Of a DNA stretch of 64,000 nt, positions 46,131 to 56,749 are shown piece after piece (the first letter of the stretch is position 1; the number at the start of each line of letters is the position of its first letter). The stretch is from Candidatus Tayloriibacteriota bacterium (GTDB lineage: Bacteria; Patescibacteriota; Minisyncoccia; Phycocordibacterales; PALSA-1337): contig JBAXUB010000001.1 in the NCBI GenBank assembly GCA_037129895.1, positions 18,947-82,946 on the forward strand, given 5' to 3'. The notes beneath the pieces were generated by a model. That model saw only the letters and a program-made list of their open reading frames with translations. It was not told where the DNA came from and did not search any database. The position numbers were made by a program, and so were the translations under genes.

Positions 46131-46595
46131 ATGGCTACAGAAGCATTAATTTCTTGGAACGCTCCAGAGCACTTCTATGTGGAAAAACATCAGGATTGGT
46201 ACTGGGCAGTTGGGATAGTCACTCTCACCCTGGCAGCGGTATGTTTCATACTAGGAAGTATCATCCCTGGGATATTCGTTGTAGTAGCTGCTGTCGCACT
46301 AGTCGTACACGCTTCTCGTCCCCCACGCATAGTCACTCACGAAGTCAATGACCGTGGTATCGTCGTAGACAACGTCCTGTATCCATTCCTTACCTTAGAA
46401 TCTTTCTGGATACCGCATGATGAACCAATTCCCAAGCTGATAGTAAAATCCCGAAAAATGTTCATGCCTTTCATCATCATTTTCATCGAAGAAGTTGACC
46501 CCGAACAGGTCCGCGAAGTTATGTTGCGGTACATTGCTGAAACTGAACATCAGGAGTCTCTACTCAAGCATATTCTCGAATGGTTTGGGTTTTAG
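46131..46595 (+). CDS. Hypothetical membrane protein
   Basis: Two TM segments near the N-terminus; no motif recognised. Confidence 0.45.
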   Translation: MATEALISWNAPEHFYVEKHQDWYWAVGIVTLTLAAVCFILGSIIPGIFVVVAAVALVVHASRPPRIVTHEVNDRGIVVDNVLYPFLTLESFWIPHDEPIPKLIVKSRKMFMPFIIIFIEEVDPEQVREVMLRYIAETEHQESLLKHILEWFGF

Positions 46596-46622
46596 GAAAA
46601 ATATGATAATGTGTCCATACCT

Positions 46623-46697
46623 GCCCTCGTCGTTTAATGGATAGGACGCAGGATTGCGGATCCTGCAATCGAGGTTCGATTCCTCGCGGGGGCACCA
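46623..46697 (+). tRNA. tRNA-Arg (anticodon GCG as read); the only tRNA here that encodes CCA
   Basis: GCCCTCGTCGTTTAATGGATAGGAC-GCAGGATTGCGGATCCTGC-AATC-GAGGTTCGATTCCTCG-CGGGGGCACCA. Confidence 0.7.
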
Positions 46698-46799
46698 GAA
46701 CCAAAAACTGCCAGCTCTCGCTGGTTGTTTTTGTGTAGCTCGGTTTACGTAATATGCTATAATTTTTTATATTTATTAGATTAATTCCAAGCAACTAAC

Positions 46800-47615
46800 A
46801 TGGAAAATGTTCCGCTAAATGATACCGCGCCAATATACGCACCTTCCCCAGAACCTGCAGTTCCGATGTCGAATGGAAAATTCTATAGAAGCAAACTTTT
46901 CATAGGTATTGCAGTAGCTCTCATAGTCATACTCGGTATCGGTATATATCTCATATCACAGGGATCAATAAAGAAACTATTCTCAACCGAAACAAGTGGC
47001 AAGATCCATATAACATTCAAGAAAGACGTAACCGCCGCAACAGCAAACGCAGAATTCCAGACGATTGGCATCCCCGTTTCCGAGTCAATGTTCAAATCAG
47101 ACAGAACTCTAGTCGCTACACCGCACCGTGGCGACGCGAAACTATACGGAAAACAACTAGAGAAAGACCCTCTAGTAAAAAGTGTCGACTATAGCAATAC
47201 CGATGATAACTTGAAGCAATACAAAGAAAAGATCAAGGAGGATACAGCCTACCTATATGTGACATTCAAGCAACCGATGAGCAGCGATGAAGTATTGAAG
47301 TGGGAAAAAGAAAAATTTCCGAAACTAGTTGATGTTAGTTTGAAAGACAAAAGTAATACTATGGGCCAAAATTCCAATGGTCTAGTAACCGTTATCAATA
47401 CAGAAAACGGCCAATTGTCATACGGTGGTACAAATCCGTGGGCAGAAACATTGAGTCAAACTGTTATGGTAGCCAAGGGCAAGGAAAAAGAGATGCTAAA
47501 GAAAATACTAACTTTCTCGACAGTCGAAAAAGCAGAGATTGCAAAGGTAGAAAATACAGACTGCAAGGATGGACCATGTCCTCCAAATAGACCTGGGATG
47601 CCAAACTTACCCTAG
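46800..47615 (+). CDS. Hypothetical membrane-anchored protein
   Basis: N-terminal Pro-rich segment, one TM (LFIGIAVALIVILGIGIYLI), then a 200-aa ectodomain. Confidence 0.5.
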   Translation: MENVPLNDTAPIYAPSPEPAVPMSNGKFYRSKLFIGIAVALIVILGIGIYLISQGSIKKLFSTETSGKIHITFKKDVTAATANAEFQTIGIPVSESMFKSDRTLVATPHRGDAKLYGKQLEKDPLVKSVDYSNTDDNLKQYKEKIKEDTAYLYVTFKQPMSSDEVLKWEKEKFPKLVDVSLKDKSNTMGQNSNGLVTVINTENGQLSYGGTNPWAETLSQTVMVAKGKEKEMLKKILTFSTVEKAEIAKVENTDCKDGPCPPNRPGMPNLP

Positions 47616-47870
47616 CTTCTTCAATGATGCCATCGCTCGAGATTTGAGTCTTGATGATGTATTGGCCTTGATATACCCAGTCTTTACTGCCTTATCTAGG
47701 GCTTGATATAGAGAAGAAACCAGCTTATTTGCACCTACCTTGTCTTTTGCTAGTACTGTCTTTCGGAATTCCTTTAGCTGATCATCGATCGTAGCTTTGC
47801 GACGGAGATTGAAAACACGCTTCTTCTTTGAGGCGCGTAGTGCTTTCTTTGCTGATGAAGTGATAGCCAT
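47607..47870 (-). CDS. rpsT: 30S ribosomal protein S20 (start at internal Met MAITSSAKKAL)
   Basis: MAITSSAKKALRASKKKRVFNLRRK... matches the S20 N-terminus (SAKKR..Q.EK.R..N...). Confidence 0.8.
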   Translation of the reverse strand: MAITSSAKKALRASKKKRVFNLRRKATIDDQLKEFRKTVLAKDKVGANKLVSSLYQALDKAVKTGYIKANTSSRLKSRAMASLKKLG

Positions 47871-47995
47871 ATGTGTTGTGCTGCATAACTTAACATGTCC
47901 GAGGAGAAAAGTAAAGCGTGTGCAACCCAACCTTGAACACATATTGATGATCTACTCAAATAGAAATCTGACCTATTCTCTTGTATGATGTAACC

Positions 47996-48580
47996 ATGAT
48001 AGCCAGCTTGAAGGGCACAATCACATACACAGACGCTAAGTACGCCATAGTTGAAACGGGTGGAGTTGGCTACAAGGTGTTTCTAACAGCTGATAATATT
48101 CACAACCTGAAGATCGGCAGTACCTCTTCCCTATGGATACACATGGTAGTTAGAGATGATGCGATGGATCTATATGGATTTGGCTCAAAGAAAGAAAAAG
48201 ATTTCTTCGAATTACTCATATCAGTTTCCAGTATCGGACCAAAGTCCGCCATCAATATTCTCGGACTGGTACACATAGACACTCTAGCGAGCGCCATAAG
48301 GAGTGGCTCAACAACACACCTAGTCAAAGTCTCGGGTATTGGCAGAAAGACTGCAGAAAAGATAGTGATGGAATTGCAAGACAAGCTCGGCGGTATAAGT
48401 AGCGACGGTGGTGCAGAATCAGTCGCGGGCATGTCTAGTGATATGGACGCTATCGAAGCCCTGAAAGCACTTGGTTATGAAGCCGACGAAGCTCGTGAGG
48501 CATTGAAGAAAATAAGCAAGGAGATTGAAGATACTGGCCAGAAAGTAAAAGCGGCACTGAAACTTCTAGGTAGACATTAA
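47996..48580 (+). CDS. ruvA: Holliday junction DNA helicase RuvA
   Basis: MIASLKGTI...VETGGVGYKVF... Confidence 0.85.
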   Translation: MIASLKGTITYTDAKYAIVETGGVGYKVFLTADNIHNLKIGSTSSLWIHMVVRDDAMDLYGFGSKKEKDFFELLISVSSIGPKSAINILGLVHIDTLASAIRSGSTTHLVKVSGIGRKTAEKIVMELQDKLGGISSDGGAESVAGMSSDMDAIEALKALGYEADEAREALKKISKEIEDTGQKVKAALKLLGRH

Positions 48581-48604
48581 TCATTATCTATAAATACAAA
48601 CTCC

Positions 48605-49918
48605 ATGATCGACAACATCCTACACAAAATACGCAGCTATATCATTCCGGACAAGGTATTCAACTTCTTTCAGCCGATATACCACTGGAAACTATCACTT
48701 CTCGCGGCTATCTGGTATCGCTTCCCTTCTAGAAAGATAAAGGTGATAGCGGTAACTGGTACAAAAGGTAAAAGTTCAACCGTAGAGATAATAAACGCGA
48801 TATTAGAAGAGGCTGGCTATAAGACCGCCGTATCAAACACTATCAGATTCAAAGTTGGTGATGAGTCTTGGGATAATCTATACAAAATGAGTATGCCTGG
48901 AAGATTCGCAGTTCAGAAACTCATCCGCAAAGCGGTCCGAGCTGGTTGTAACTATATAATTATCGAGATGACTTCTCAGGGAGCATTATTATACAGGCAC
49001 AGATTCATAGAATTGGACGCTCTCGTATTTACCAATATTTCTCCAGAACATATCGAGGCACATGGTTCTTATGAAAATTACCTATTCTCCAAGCTTTCGA
49101 TCGCCCAGAATATGGGCCGTTCCAAGAAGAAAGATCGCGTCATCATAGCGAACGCCGATGATGAGGAAAGTAGTAAATTCCTAGAAGCCCCAGTTGATAG
49201 AAGGATGACTTTCAGTGTGAAAGATGCAGAACCTTATGAAGTTAACAAGGAAGGTTTGAATTTCACATTGGCCGGCAAGCCAGTTCATTCTCATTTATCC
49301 GGTTTATTCAACCTTTACAATATCTTAGCGGCAGTCGCTGCGGCTCACAGCCAAAATGTTTCTGACAATGAGATCGCTCGAGCCTTGGACGGCTTCACTG
49401 GCATCCCAGGAAGAGTGCAGAAAATCGAAGTTGACTCATCAGATTTTCCACAAGAAAGTATCGGCACTACAAAGAAGCAAGATTTTACTGTAATAGTTGA
49501 CTACGCGCATACAGCAGATTCGCTAGAAAAGCTTTATCAGGTTTTCCAATCTTCTAGAAATATCTGCGTACTCGGTGGAACAGGTGGTGGCAGAGACACA
49601 TGGAAACGCAAAGAAATGGGCACAATCGCTGATAAATATTGCGAGGAAATCATTCTCACAGACGAGGACCCTTATGATGAAGACCCAGCGAAAATCGTCG
49701 CCGACGTTGCAGCTGGTATCAGTTCTCAAAAGCCAACCATCATCATGGACCGTCGCGAAGCCATCCGTGAAGCCGTAAAGCGTGCAAAGACTGGAGATGC
49801 TATCCTCATAACAGGTAAAGGCACTGACCCATACATCATGGGTGCCAAAGGTCTGAAAACCCCTTGGTCTGACGCGAAGGTCGCCAAAGAAGAGCTAGTC
49901 AAAGCATTGGTCAAGTAG
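48605..49918 (+). CDS. murE: Mur ligase family protein (MurE-like, lacks the N-terminal domain)
   Basis: VIAVTGTKGKSST P-loop; DYAHTADSLEKL; C-terminal Mur ligase domain. Confidence 0.55.
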   Translation: MIDNILHKIRSYIIPDKVFNFFQPIYHWKLSLLAAIWYRFPSRKIKVIAVTGTKGKSSTVEIINAILEEAGYKTAVSNTIRFKVGDESWDNLYKMSMPGRFAVQKLIRKAVRAGCNYIIIEMTSQGALLYRHRFIELDALVFTNISPEHIEAHGSYENYLFSKLSIAQNMGRSKKKDRVIIANADDEESSKFLEAPVDRRMTFSVKDAEPYEVNKEGLNFTLAGKPVHSHLSGLFNLYNILAAVAAAHSQNVSDNEIARALDGFTGIPGRVQKIEVDSSDFPQESIGTTKKQDFTVIVDYAHTADSLEKLYQVFQSSRNICVLGGTGGGRDTWKRKEMGTIADKYCEEIILTDEDPYDEDPAKIVADVAAGISSQKPTIIMDRREAIREAVKRAKTGDAILITGKGTDPYIMGAKGLKTPWSDAKVAKEELVKALVK

Positions 49919-49972
49919 AATTTTGATTGAATAGAGTGACAGATATACTCCTCCCCCATTTTCCTCCCTACA

Positions 49973-51244
49973 TCAAATTACTAAACTAATTCCAAACTTG
50001 GAATTAAGTACGCTACGCGTCTTCGGCCCCACTATTCCCTTTTCGCCGGTAATGTCATATTTATTTTGAAATTCTTCCAATGCTTTCATCGTACACGGAC
50101 CAAACGATCCAGTACGCGGGCAATCATTCATTTTCTTATCTTTTGGTGGATATACACCATCAACAACAAACGCTGTCTGTAAAGCGTATATTTCGGAAGA
50201 AGAACCTGTAGTCATGGACGATGTATCTCTCCATTCGTATGGCAATAGCAACGTATCATATGATAGAGACTTGCTAACAACCATGTTCTTGTCGAAAAAA
50301 TCTTGCAGTCCTAAATATGTTTGGAAAGCCAAGTCCACTATCGAAGCCTTGCGCAGATCGTCCTTTACGAATTGCGGTTCATATATATAACCATATTCAA
50401 TGAGCATGCTAGCGGCATCAGAAGTATTATAAGCCCCGATAGCGATGAGATCTGGTTCTTCGACAATACCAGTCGATTCTCCGGGGAGATCACTCACTGG
50501 ATTGAATCTAGACAACCTCTTGAAGACGCTTTCTGCAACAGCGAGAGTTGTCGTACTATTGTAATATTGTTTTTCTGGCACATAGATAGCGATACCTGAA
50601 TATTTTCCAGGAGTATTAGGACCGTGTCCAGGATTATCATTGAAATGAATGTGAATGATGATATCTACATCGTTTTCATTGGCCCACTTGGTCATACCGA
50701 AAAGTCTGTAAGCCACATCCGTCGGTGCTTTGTTATGAATGACAGTCGGCACCACCGGCTTGATCGAACCGACCGATATTAGTTGCGTCATTTCTTCGTG
50801 GTGAGCTTTTGTCCACGTAACTATATCCTGCCAGCCGGTCGCGAAATATGTATCGAAAACTGGATTCCATGATTTTTCACTCCTAGTTACAAATACTTGG
50901 AAATGTTCATTGCTCTGTAATAGTTTCTGCAAATTGTTGGCGAGCTGGATATTCAGATCCCGCTCCTTGAGACTACCGAATTCTGCGCCACCATAGTTGG
51001 CTTCGTGACCAGGCACGATCAATATACTAACTTTCCTCGATGGTGTACTCGTATTCGAAGCTAGATATTTGGATTTTATCTGCTCTACCGTCTTTGGGTT
51101 ATGAGATAGTATAACTAAAGCAACCTGATCGCTGGTATCAGAGACACTGATCAAGAAATTGCGGAATTGATCCGGATAAGTCAGAGCGTACCACGGTGCA
51201 CCGAGGCCAAATACTGCTAGAAAAACAGCTAGATAATAACGCAT
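49973..51244 (-). CDS. Cell-wall amidase (Amidase_3-like) with a C-terminal peptidoglycan-binding domain
   Basis: ILIVPGHEANYGG...DLNIQLA and a second metal site (DIIIHIHFND). The C-terminus (ALEEFQNKYDITGEKGIVGPKT) is PG_binding_1-like. Confidence 0.55.
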   Translation of the reverse strand: MRYYLAVFLAVFGLGAPWYALTYPDQFRNFLISVSDTSDQVALVILSHNPKTVEQIKSKYLASNTSTPSRKVSILIVPGHEANYGGAEFGSLKERDLNIQLANNLQKLLQSNEHFQVFVTRSEKSWNPVFDTYFATGWQDIVTWTKAHHEEMTQLISVGSIKPVVPTVIHNKAPTDVAYRLFGMTKWANENDVDIIIHIHFNDNPGHGPNTPGKYSGIAIYVPEKQYYNSTTTLAVAESVFKRLSRFNPVSDLPGESTGIVEEPDLIAIGAYNTSDAASMLIEYGYIYEPQFVKDDLRKASIVDLAFQTYLGLQDFFDKNMVVSKSLSYDTLLLPYEWRDTSSMTTGSSSEIYALQTAFVVDGVYPPKDKKMNDCPRTGSFGPCTMKALEEFQNKYDITGEKGIVGPKTRSVLNSKFGISLVI

Positions 51245-51313
51245 GAGTTTATTATAGCATTTGATTAATGTATTTTGTTTAGTTATTGTGAATTAATTGC
51301 AGATCCAAACAAT

Positions 51314-52252
51314 ATGCCAGAACTTCCAGAGGTACAAACAACGGTAAACGGGCTCAGAGATCACATCGTAGGGCTCACGGTGAAAGATGCATGGTCCAAT
51401 TATGATAGTCCATATTACAAAGGATCAGAAACCATCAAGGATCCCCTATTTTTCAAGTACTTCAGATCTACTGTACACGGAAAGAAGGTGATCTCTGTCG
51501 AGAGGCGCGCCAAAAATATACTCATCAACGTGACTGGCGGCAAAACCATACTCGTTCATATGAAAATGACTGGCCATTTATTATATGGACTTTACAAATT
51601 CAACAAAAGCGAGACTGCGGAAATAAAGAGGGACCCGTGGGAACCGATAAGTCCCAGTGGTTTGAAAGATCCATATAATAGACGTGTTAGGTTCGTGATC
51701 ACATTCACCAATGGTAAACACATGGCCCTTTCAGACACACGCAGGTTCGCGAAGGTTACCCTAGTCGATACAAGAACTGTCCATGAATCAGAACACTTGA
51801 TCGGTGTTGGTCCTGAACCACTGGATGATGCATTCACATTTTTCAAATTTAATGAGAGGATCGATCTACGGCCGACTGGGAAAATAAAGCTCGTTCTATT
51901 GGACCAAAACATCATTGCGGGTATTGGAAACATATACGCAGACGAATCTCTGTGGCGTGCTGGCATTCACCCACTTAGAACAGTTAATTCTCTAACTTCC
52001 ACTGAGAGAAAACTAGTATTCAGAGCGATCAAGCACACACTATCGCATGGAATAGATTTTGGTGGTGATTCGATGTCAGACTATCGCAATGTCATGGGCG
52101 AAAGAGGAAAATTCCAGGACGAACACATGGCCTATCAGAGAACTGGAGAAAAGTGCGGGAAACCTCGCTGTAGTGGCACGATAATACGTATCGTCGTCGG
52201 TGGTAGAGGAACACATCTCTGTGATACACATCAGATCAACCCAGCTTCTTGA
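51314..52252 (+). CDS. mutM: Formamidopyrimidine-DNA glycosylase (Fpg/Nei family)
   Basis: MPELPEVQT N-terminus. C-terminal zinc finger CGKPRC..C...C. Confidence 0.85.
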   Translation: MPELPEVQTTVNGLRDHIVGLTVKDAWSNYDSPYYKGSETIKDPLFFKYFRSTVHGKKVISVERRAKNILINVTGGKTILVHMKMTGHLLYGLYKFNKSETAEIKRDPWEPISPSGLKDPYNRRVRFVITFTNGKHMALSDTRRFAKVTLVDTRTVHESEHLIGVGPEPLDDAFTFFKFNERIDLRPTGKIKLVLLDQNIIAGIGNIYADESLWRAGIHPLRTVNSLTSTERKLVFRAIKHTLSHGIDFGGDSMSDYRNVMGERGKFQDEHMAYQRTGEKCGKPRCSGTIIRIVVGGRGTHLCDTHQINPAS

Positions 52253-52276
52253 GGAATGATGACCGTGTCGGCCATA

Positions 52277-52747
52277 CTATCTATTGAATAGAACGATCCC
52301 GGCAGTTACGGAGACATTCAAGGACTCCTTCTTCCCTTTCATGGGGATTTCGATAACAGTATCCGCCAATTTAATGAGGAATTCAGATACACCCTCGACT
52401 TCATTACCCAGAATGTACACAACTTTTTGACCTCGCTCGAACTCAGAAATGTCCCTCGAGTTGGCAGTCTGTTCGACAACAACAACTTCGAAACCGTCTT
52501 TATGCAATTGCTTGATACATTCTATGACATCGGATTTGGTAGCTAGATGTTCCCAAGCAACCAGATCTTCAGATCCCAACCCAACTTTTGCTAAATCCTT
52601 CCTCTTGCGTCCAAAACGGTCTATCGGCACAGGGGTTGTCTCCGTGCAATAGATTCTAGATACTCCCGCACATTCAGCTGTACGAAAAATAGAGCCTACA
52701 TTATGTACACTTCGAATATTGTCCAGTAATATGCGCGTTTCTTTCAT
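52277..52747 (-). CDS. SpoU/TrmH-family tRNA/rRNA 2'-O-methyltransferase (TrmL-like)
   Basis: LDNIRSVHNVGSIFRTAECAGV. Confidence 0.8.
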   Translation of the reverse strand: MKETRILLDNIRSVHNVGSIFRTAECAGVSRIYCTETTPVPIDRFGRKRKDLAKVGLGSEDLVAWEHLATKSDVIECIKQLHKDGFEVVVVEQTANSRDISEFERGQKVVYILGNEVEGVSEFLIKLADTVIEIPMKGKKESLNVSVTAGIVLFNR

Positions 52748-52786
52748 GATATAATGAGTACATTATCATACTAATCATATAATTCT

Positions 52787-53149
52787 ATGCTTACTGTTTT
52801 TCCAAATCTATTATCATATAACCAATTGTCCCCTTTCCTCATACGCGTAACCCTCGGTATTATCATGGTTTATTGGTCATATATATCGATACGTGAGCAA
52901 AACAAGCATGCCGGTAAACTCTCTGTCGGTATCGTTGAGGGCATCTCCGGAATTCTACTCATCATCGGCCTATGGACTCAAGTCGCTGCCTTGGTTATAT
53001 TCGTTGACCTCGCTATTCGAACTGTTCAGAAAATCATGAAGAAATCATTTCTAACGGATGGAGTCAATTACTACTTCATACTCCTCATCATGGCGGCGTC
53101 TCTCGTTTTCATGAGTGCTGGATTACTAGCTTTCGATCTACCTTTATAA
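52787..53149 (+). CDS. DoxX-like small membrane protein
   Basis: Three or four TM segments, 120 aa. Confidence 0.45.
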   Translation: MLTVFPNLLSYNQLSPFLIRVTLGIIMVYWSYISIREQNKHAGKLSVGIVEGISGILLIIGLWTQVAALVIFVDLAIRTVQKIMKKSFLTDGVNYYFILLIMAASLVFMSAGLLAFDLPL

Positions 53150-53166
53150 ATATAATATAAACTACT

Positions 53167-53484
53167 ATGGATATGCACCAAGGGGCTTCTGCCGACGCGT
53201 TAAAAAAACTAGAAACAGAGATGCTTATCGAAAACAAATCGATACAAAGCAAAGATGCAGACTTGAAAAAGAAAATGGCCGAGATAGAAACCAAAAAGAC
53301 AGAATTAAAAAACGAGACCGCCAAGATAGAAACCAAGAAGACCGAACTTACTAGACTTGAAAATGACGCAAAATTGCTTCAGATGGATCTAGACAGGATA
53401 AAACATCAGCGATCTGAAAATGAACAAAAGATAAGACAGGTATCATTGGATCTACAGAAATTAATAAAGGGTGAACACAAATAA
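53167..53484 (+). CDS. Coiled-coil protein with the internal repeat IETKKTEL
   Basis: Charged heptad-like repeats; no enzymatic motif. Confidence 0.45.
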   Translation: MDMHQGASADALKKLETEMLIENKSIQSKDADLKKKMAEIETKKTELKNETAKIETKKTELTRLENDAKLLQMDLDRIKHQRSENEQKIRQVSLDLQKLIKGEHK

Positions 53485-53538
53485 TTAGTACCAACCGCAA
53501 AACAATATTTAATCTATTAAAAACATAATTTTATATAT

Positions 53539-55785
53539 ATGATATATTTCATTGTTATCGTCTTTATCATCTACACACTGTATCGACTAAACACTATAGA
53601 CAAGAATATATCTGATATAAAAAATGCCTCTAGTACGATCAAACCATCTATCAGTAACGCCCATGTAAATGCTACTCTAGATAATATCGAAACACCAATA
53701 AAGAACACCCCGGAAATTGTAACGAAACAAACGTCAGACTCGACACCTCTAGTTTCTCGACCAACAGAAAAACTAGCAACGGAAAACCGCACAGCTTCGA
53801 TTCCAACTAACAAACAAAGTAATTCTGACACAGAATTCAAACTTGGCGGCAAGGTATTCACTGGTGTAGGTGTAGTTGCTGTTCTATTGGGTGTTGGATT
53901 CTTCCTGCGCTACGCATTCGAAAATAACCTTATTTCACAAGGCGCTAGAGTATTTATCGGTTGCATATTCGGAGCTATCCTGATCGGAATAGGCCACTAC
54001 CTACGCAAAAAATATGCATCTTACGGAACATCTCTCATTGGTGCTGGTCTCGGTATGTTTTATCTATCGATATACGCGGCATATAGTTTCTACCAATTGA
54101 TCGACCCATTTCTAGCGTTTGTATGTCTCACAATGATAACTGCAGCAAGTGTATGCCTGGCACTTTGGTATGATTCAAAACCACTTATCGGATTCTCCTT
54201 TGCTGGTGCCTTCATCATGCCGTTCCTCTTACCATTTTCAGAAAACATGAACACTCTCTTCGTCTATATCATAGTCGTGAACGCTGGCGCACTATTCATT
54301 GCACGTTATAAGGTCTGGCCGGTACTAACGATCGGCAGTCTCATTGGCACCTCTCTTATATATGTAAAATGGTTATCTGGTCCTTATACTGACGACCTCT
54401 TCACGCCTACTATTGTCTACTGTACCATCATTTTCCTCTCTTACTTTACGACCAGTCTACTCAATTTTATTTACAGAGACAGAAACTACCAAGGGGTCGA
54501 CGCTTTCTTGCTCTACGCAACACCGATCGCCTATTTTCTATTGAATCTCCAGATTATGAAGACACAAGACAGCATCGCCCTTCTCGCCTTCGTTATTGGC
54601 ATGTTCAATTTCATCATGTTTTGTATCATCAGGTTTGGATTCAGTCACATCGGTGATCTCAAAAAATTCTCCGAGGGTATCTTGTTTATGGCAACAATAT
54701 TTATTGCAGGAGCTGTCGGTCTACACTTTGAAGGATCTACGCTCACGATCATGTGGACATTGCAGGCTGCTGCGATGACATATATTGGATATATACTGAG
54801 AAGCAAGATCAACTCACTATTGGGTGTTGGTATGTCGGTACTTGTTGGTCTCAAAATTCTATTTGTCGGAGTAACTTTACCAGATGGTGCTGTTGCAATA
54901 TTCAATGGTCGCGGAATCACCCTTCTATTGGTAACTATTATGTATATAGCGATCTGGGCTATATTTCATTACGAGATGCTAAAATCTGAAAACGACTCGT
55001 ATATCAATAAGGACGAAGGTACGGCATCAAAAAACATTGCGATCGTCGGTACCTTAGGTACGATCTTGCTGTGGATCAATCTAGAGGCTTACGGTTTTAT
55101 CACGGACTACCTATCATATATGCCATTATTGTGGATACTATTCGGAATAGTGGTCATATCTGTTTCATTCTTTATAAGGGAGAAACTACCGCGTTTCTTG
55201 GCCTATCCTGTTATCATAACAGCTTTCATAGTGATGATATTCGATCAGTGGCACATCGACCCGGTCAATTATCCACTATTCTTCAATACTAGACTTTTAA
55301 CCGCTGTCGTACTGGCTATTGTTTGTGGCGTTATAGTCAAACTAATGAAAATATATTCTTCGCAATTGGCAGAAGGAGAAAAAGGTATTCGTCTCACATT
55401 CCTTCTTCTAGGCAATCTCGCAGTTATCTGGGCTGGAACATTAGAGATACTGACTTACTTCAACCAGCAACTGATTGTATTACCAGATCAAACAAGTGTG
55501 ATTATAGAGAATACGAAGCGTGTTACCCTATCCATCTTCTGGTTACTATATGCGCTCGCTGGGCTCGGTATAGGAATATTCATGAGGTCAGTATTCGCTA
55601 GATATTTCTCAATCTGCCTATTTGGTATCACTATATTCAAAATATTCCTTTACGACACCGCAAATTTGAGTGACGTATACCGCTTCGTCTCATTCATCGT
55701 CTTAGGTATAATCCTTCTCATTGTCGGATTCTCATACTACAGATTCAAGGACCGAATAGAACAATTCGTTAACGCGTCAGAATAA
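53539..55785 (+). CDS. Large polytopic membrane protein (DUF2339-like)
   Basis: 748 aa with more than 15 predicted TM segments following a hydrophilic N-terminal region. Confidence 0.6.
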   Translation: MIYFIVIVFIIYTLYRLNTIDKNISDIKNASSTIKPSISNAHVNATLDNIETPIKNTPEIVTKQTSDSTPLVSRPTEKLATENRTASIPTNKQSNSDTEFKLGGKVFTGVGVVAVLLGVGFFLRYAFENNLISQGARVFIGCIFGAILIGIGHYLRKKYASYGTSLIGAGLGMFYLSIYAAYSFYQLIDPFLAFVCLTMITAASVCLALWYDSKPLIGFSFAGAFIMPFLLPFSENMNTLFVYIIVVNAGALFIARYKVWPVLTIGSLIGTSLIYVKWLSGPYTDDLFTPTIVYCTIIFLSYFTTSLLNFIYRDRNYQGVDAFLLYATPIAYFLLNLQIMKTQDSIALLAFVIGMFNFIMFCIIRFGFSHIGDLKKFSEGILFMATIFIAGAVGLHFEGSTLTIMWTLQAAAMTYIGYILRSKINSLLGVGMSVLVGLKILFVGVTLPDGAVAIFNGRGITLLLVTIMYIAIWAIFHYEMLKSENDSYINKDEGTASKNIAIVGTLGTILLWINLEAYGFITDYLSYMPLLWILFGIVVISVSFFIREKLPRFLAYPVIITAFIVMIFDQWHIDPVNYPLFFNTRLLTAVVLAIVCGVIVKLMKIYSSQLAEGEKGIRLTFLLLGNLAVIWAGTLEILTYFNQQLIVLPDQTSVIIENTKRVTLSIFWLLYALAGLGIGIFMRSVFARYFSICLFGITIFKIFLYDTANLSDVYRFVSFIVLGIILLIVGFSYYRFKDRIEQFVNASE

Positions 55786-55975
55786 TTAAGTCATTGATGA
55801 AAAGACTCATAAAGAACTCGAGGAAAGGATTGTGAAGCTCTGCCAAGGGAAGTAGATATGTCAGAAGCGGCATTTCTGCCGCTCCGAGGCCGAAGCCGTT
55901 TGTACCTATAAACTACCATAATGGCTAAAAATTACAAGTTTTTGAAACTATTTTTAATTGATTGAAAATCATCTG

Positions 55976-56048
55976 TGCGCCCAGTTGGATTCGAACCAAC
56001 GACCCACTCCTTAAAAGGGAGTTGCTCTACCACCTGAGCTATGGGCGC
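55976..56048 (-). tRNA. tRNA-Lys (TTT)
   Basis: GCGCCCATAGCTCAGGTGGTAGAGCA-ACTCCCTTTTAAGGAGT-GGGTC-GTTGGTTCGAATCCAAC-TGGGCGCA. Confidence 0.9.
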
Positions 56049-56070
56049 GTGCTGAAACCTTAACACGAAA

Positions 56071-56748
56071 TTACAACTGTAGCAAAAGTTTCTCTGTCCC
56101 CAGTTCCATATCGATCAATCCCCTATGTCCATCATGGTATAGGCGAACTATACTAGTCAACAACTTCTCTAGTTCAACTTTCGAATACTTGGTCGACCCT
56201 TTGCCACCACTAGAGACGATCATTGTCTTCACCTTCCAGAACAACGTACCCAATATACTCTCTGATCCGATACCACAATCCACCGCCTGCCTATAAATTG
56301 TCCAAGAACTAGCTCTATTACGACTAGCGACAGCGTCCCCTAGTGCAAATACATTGAAATCCGAGCCGCCCCCGAACACTTTACCCGCAGCGACTAGATC
56401 CGTTACAACGACTTTCTCCGCACCTTCATCAAATGCTTTTTTCAGACTAGTGAGCAGTTTTCCTTCGAGAACGACAAAGATATTACTAGACTCATTCATA
56501 GGAGAAACCATGTCCCCGATCTGCTCTTTCGCATCTGCATTCTCAGTAACTCTGTCTAGAAAAACTATATACTTATTGGAAAACAAACCTTGCCCACCGA
56601 GATGCTCCTCGATAATAGAAGTATTCCAACCGTCGGCATTGATGGGCACATATGACGCATCCGGCTTCCTGGCACGCAGAGATTCTACGAGCTTGTGCGC
56701 CTTGTCTCTGGATCTACCTATATCTGTTCCATGATAAACGTAAAGCAT
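56071..56748 (-). CDS. holA: DNA polymerase III delta-subunit-like protein
   Basis: MLYVYHGTD... start and a LFS.KYIVFLD pattern resembling the delta N-terminal domain. Adjacent to polA. Confidence 0.45.
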   Translation of the reverse strand: MLYVYHGTDIGRSRDKAHKLVESLRARKPDASYVPINADGWNTSIIEEHLGGQGLFSNKYIVFLDRVTENADAKEQIGDMVSPMNESSNIFVVLEGKLLTSLKKAFDEGAEKVVVTDLVAAGKVFGGGSDFNVFALGDAVASRNRASSWTIYRQAVDCGIGSESILGTLFWKVKTMIVSSGGKGSTKYSKVELEKLLTSIVRLYHDGHRGLIDMELGTEKLLLQL

Positions 56749-56749
56749 G

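Noticed and set aside
46564-46794. 76-aa minus-strand ORF
   Set aside because: It overlaps tRNA-Arg(GCG) on the opposite strand.
53280-53350. Tandem DNA repeat inside the coiled-coil gene
   Set aside because: It is an in-frame duplication of the IETKKTEL peptide repeat, not a CRISPR or intergenic repeat array.
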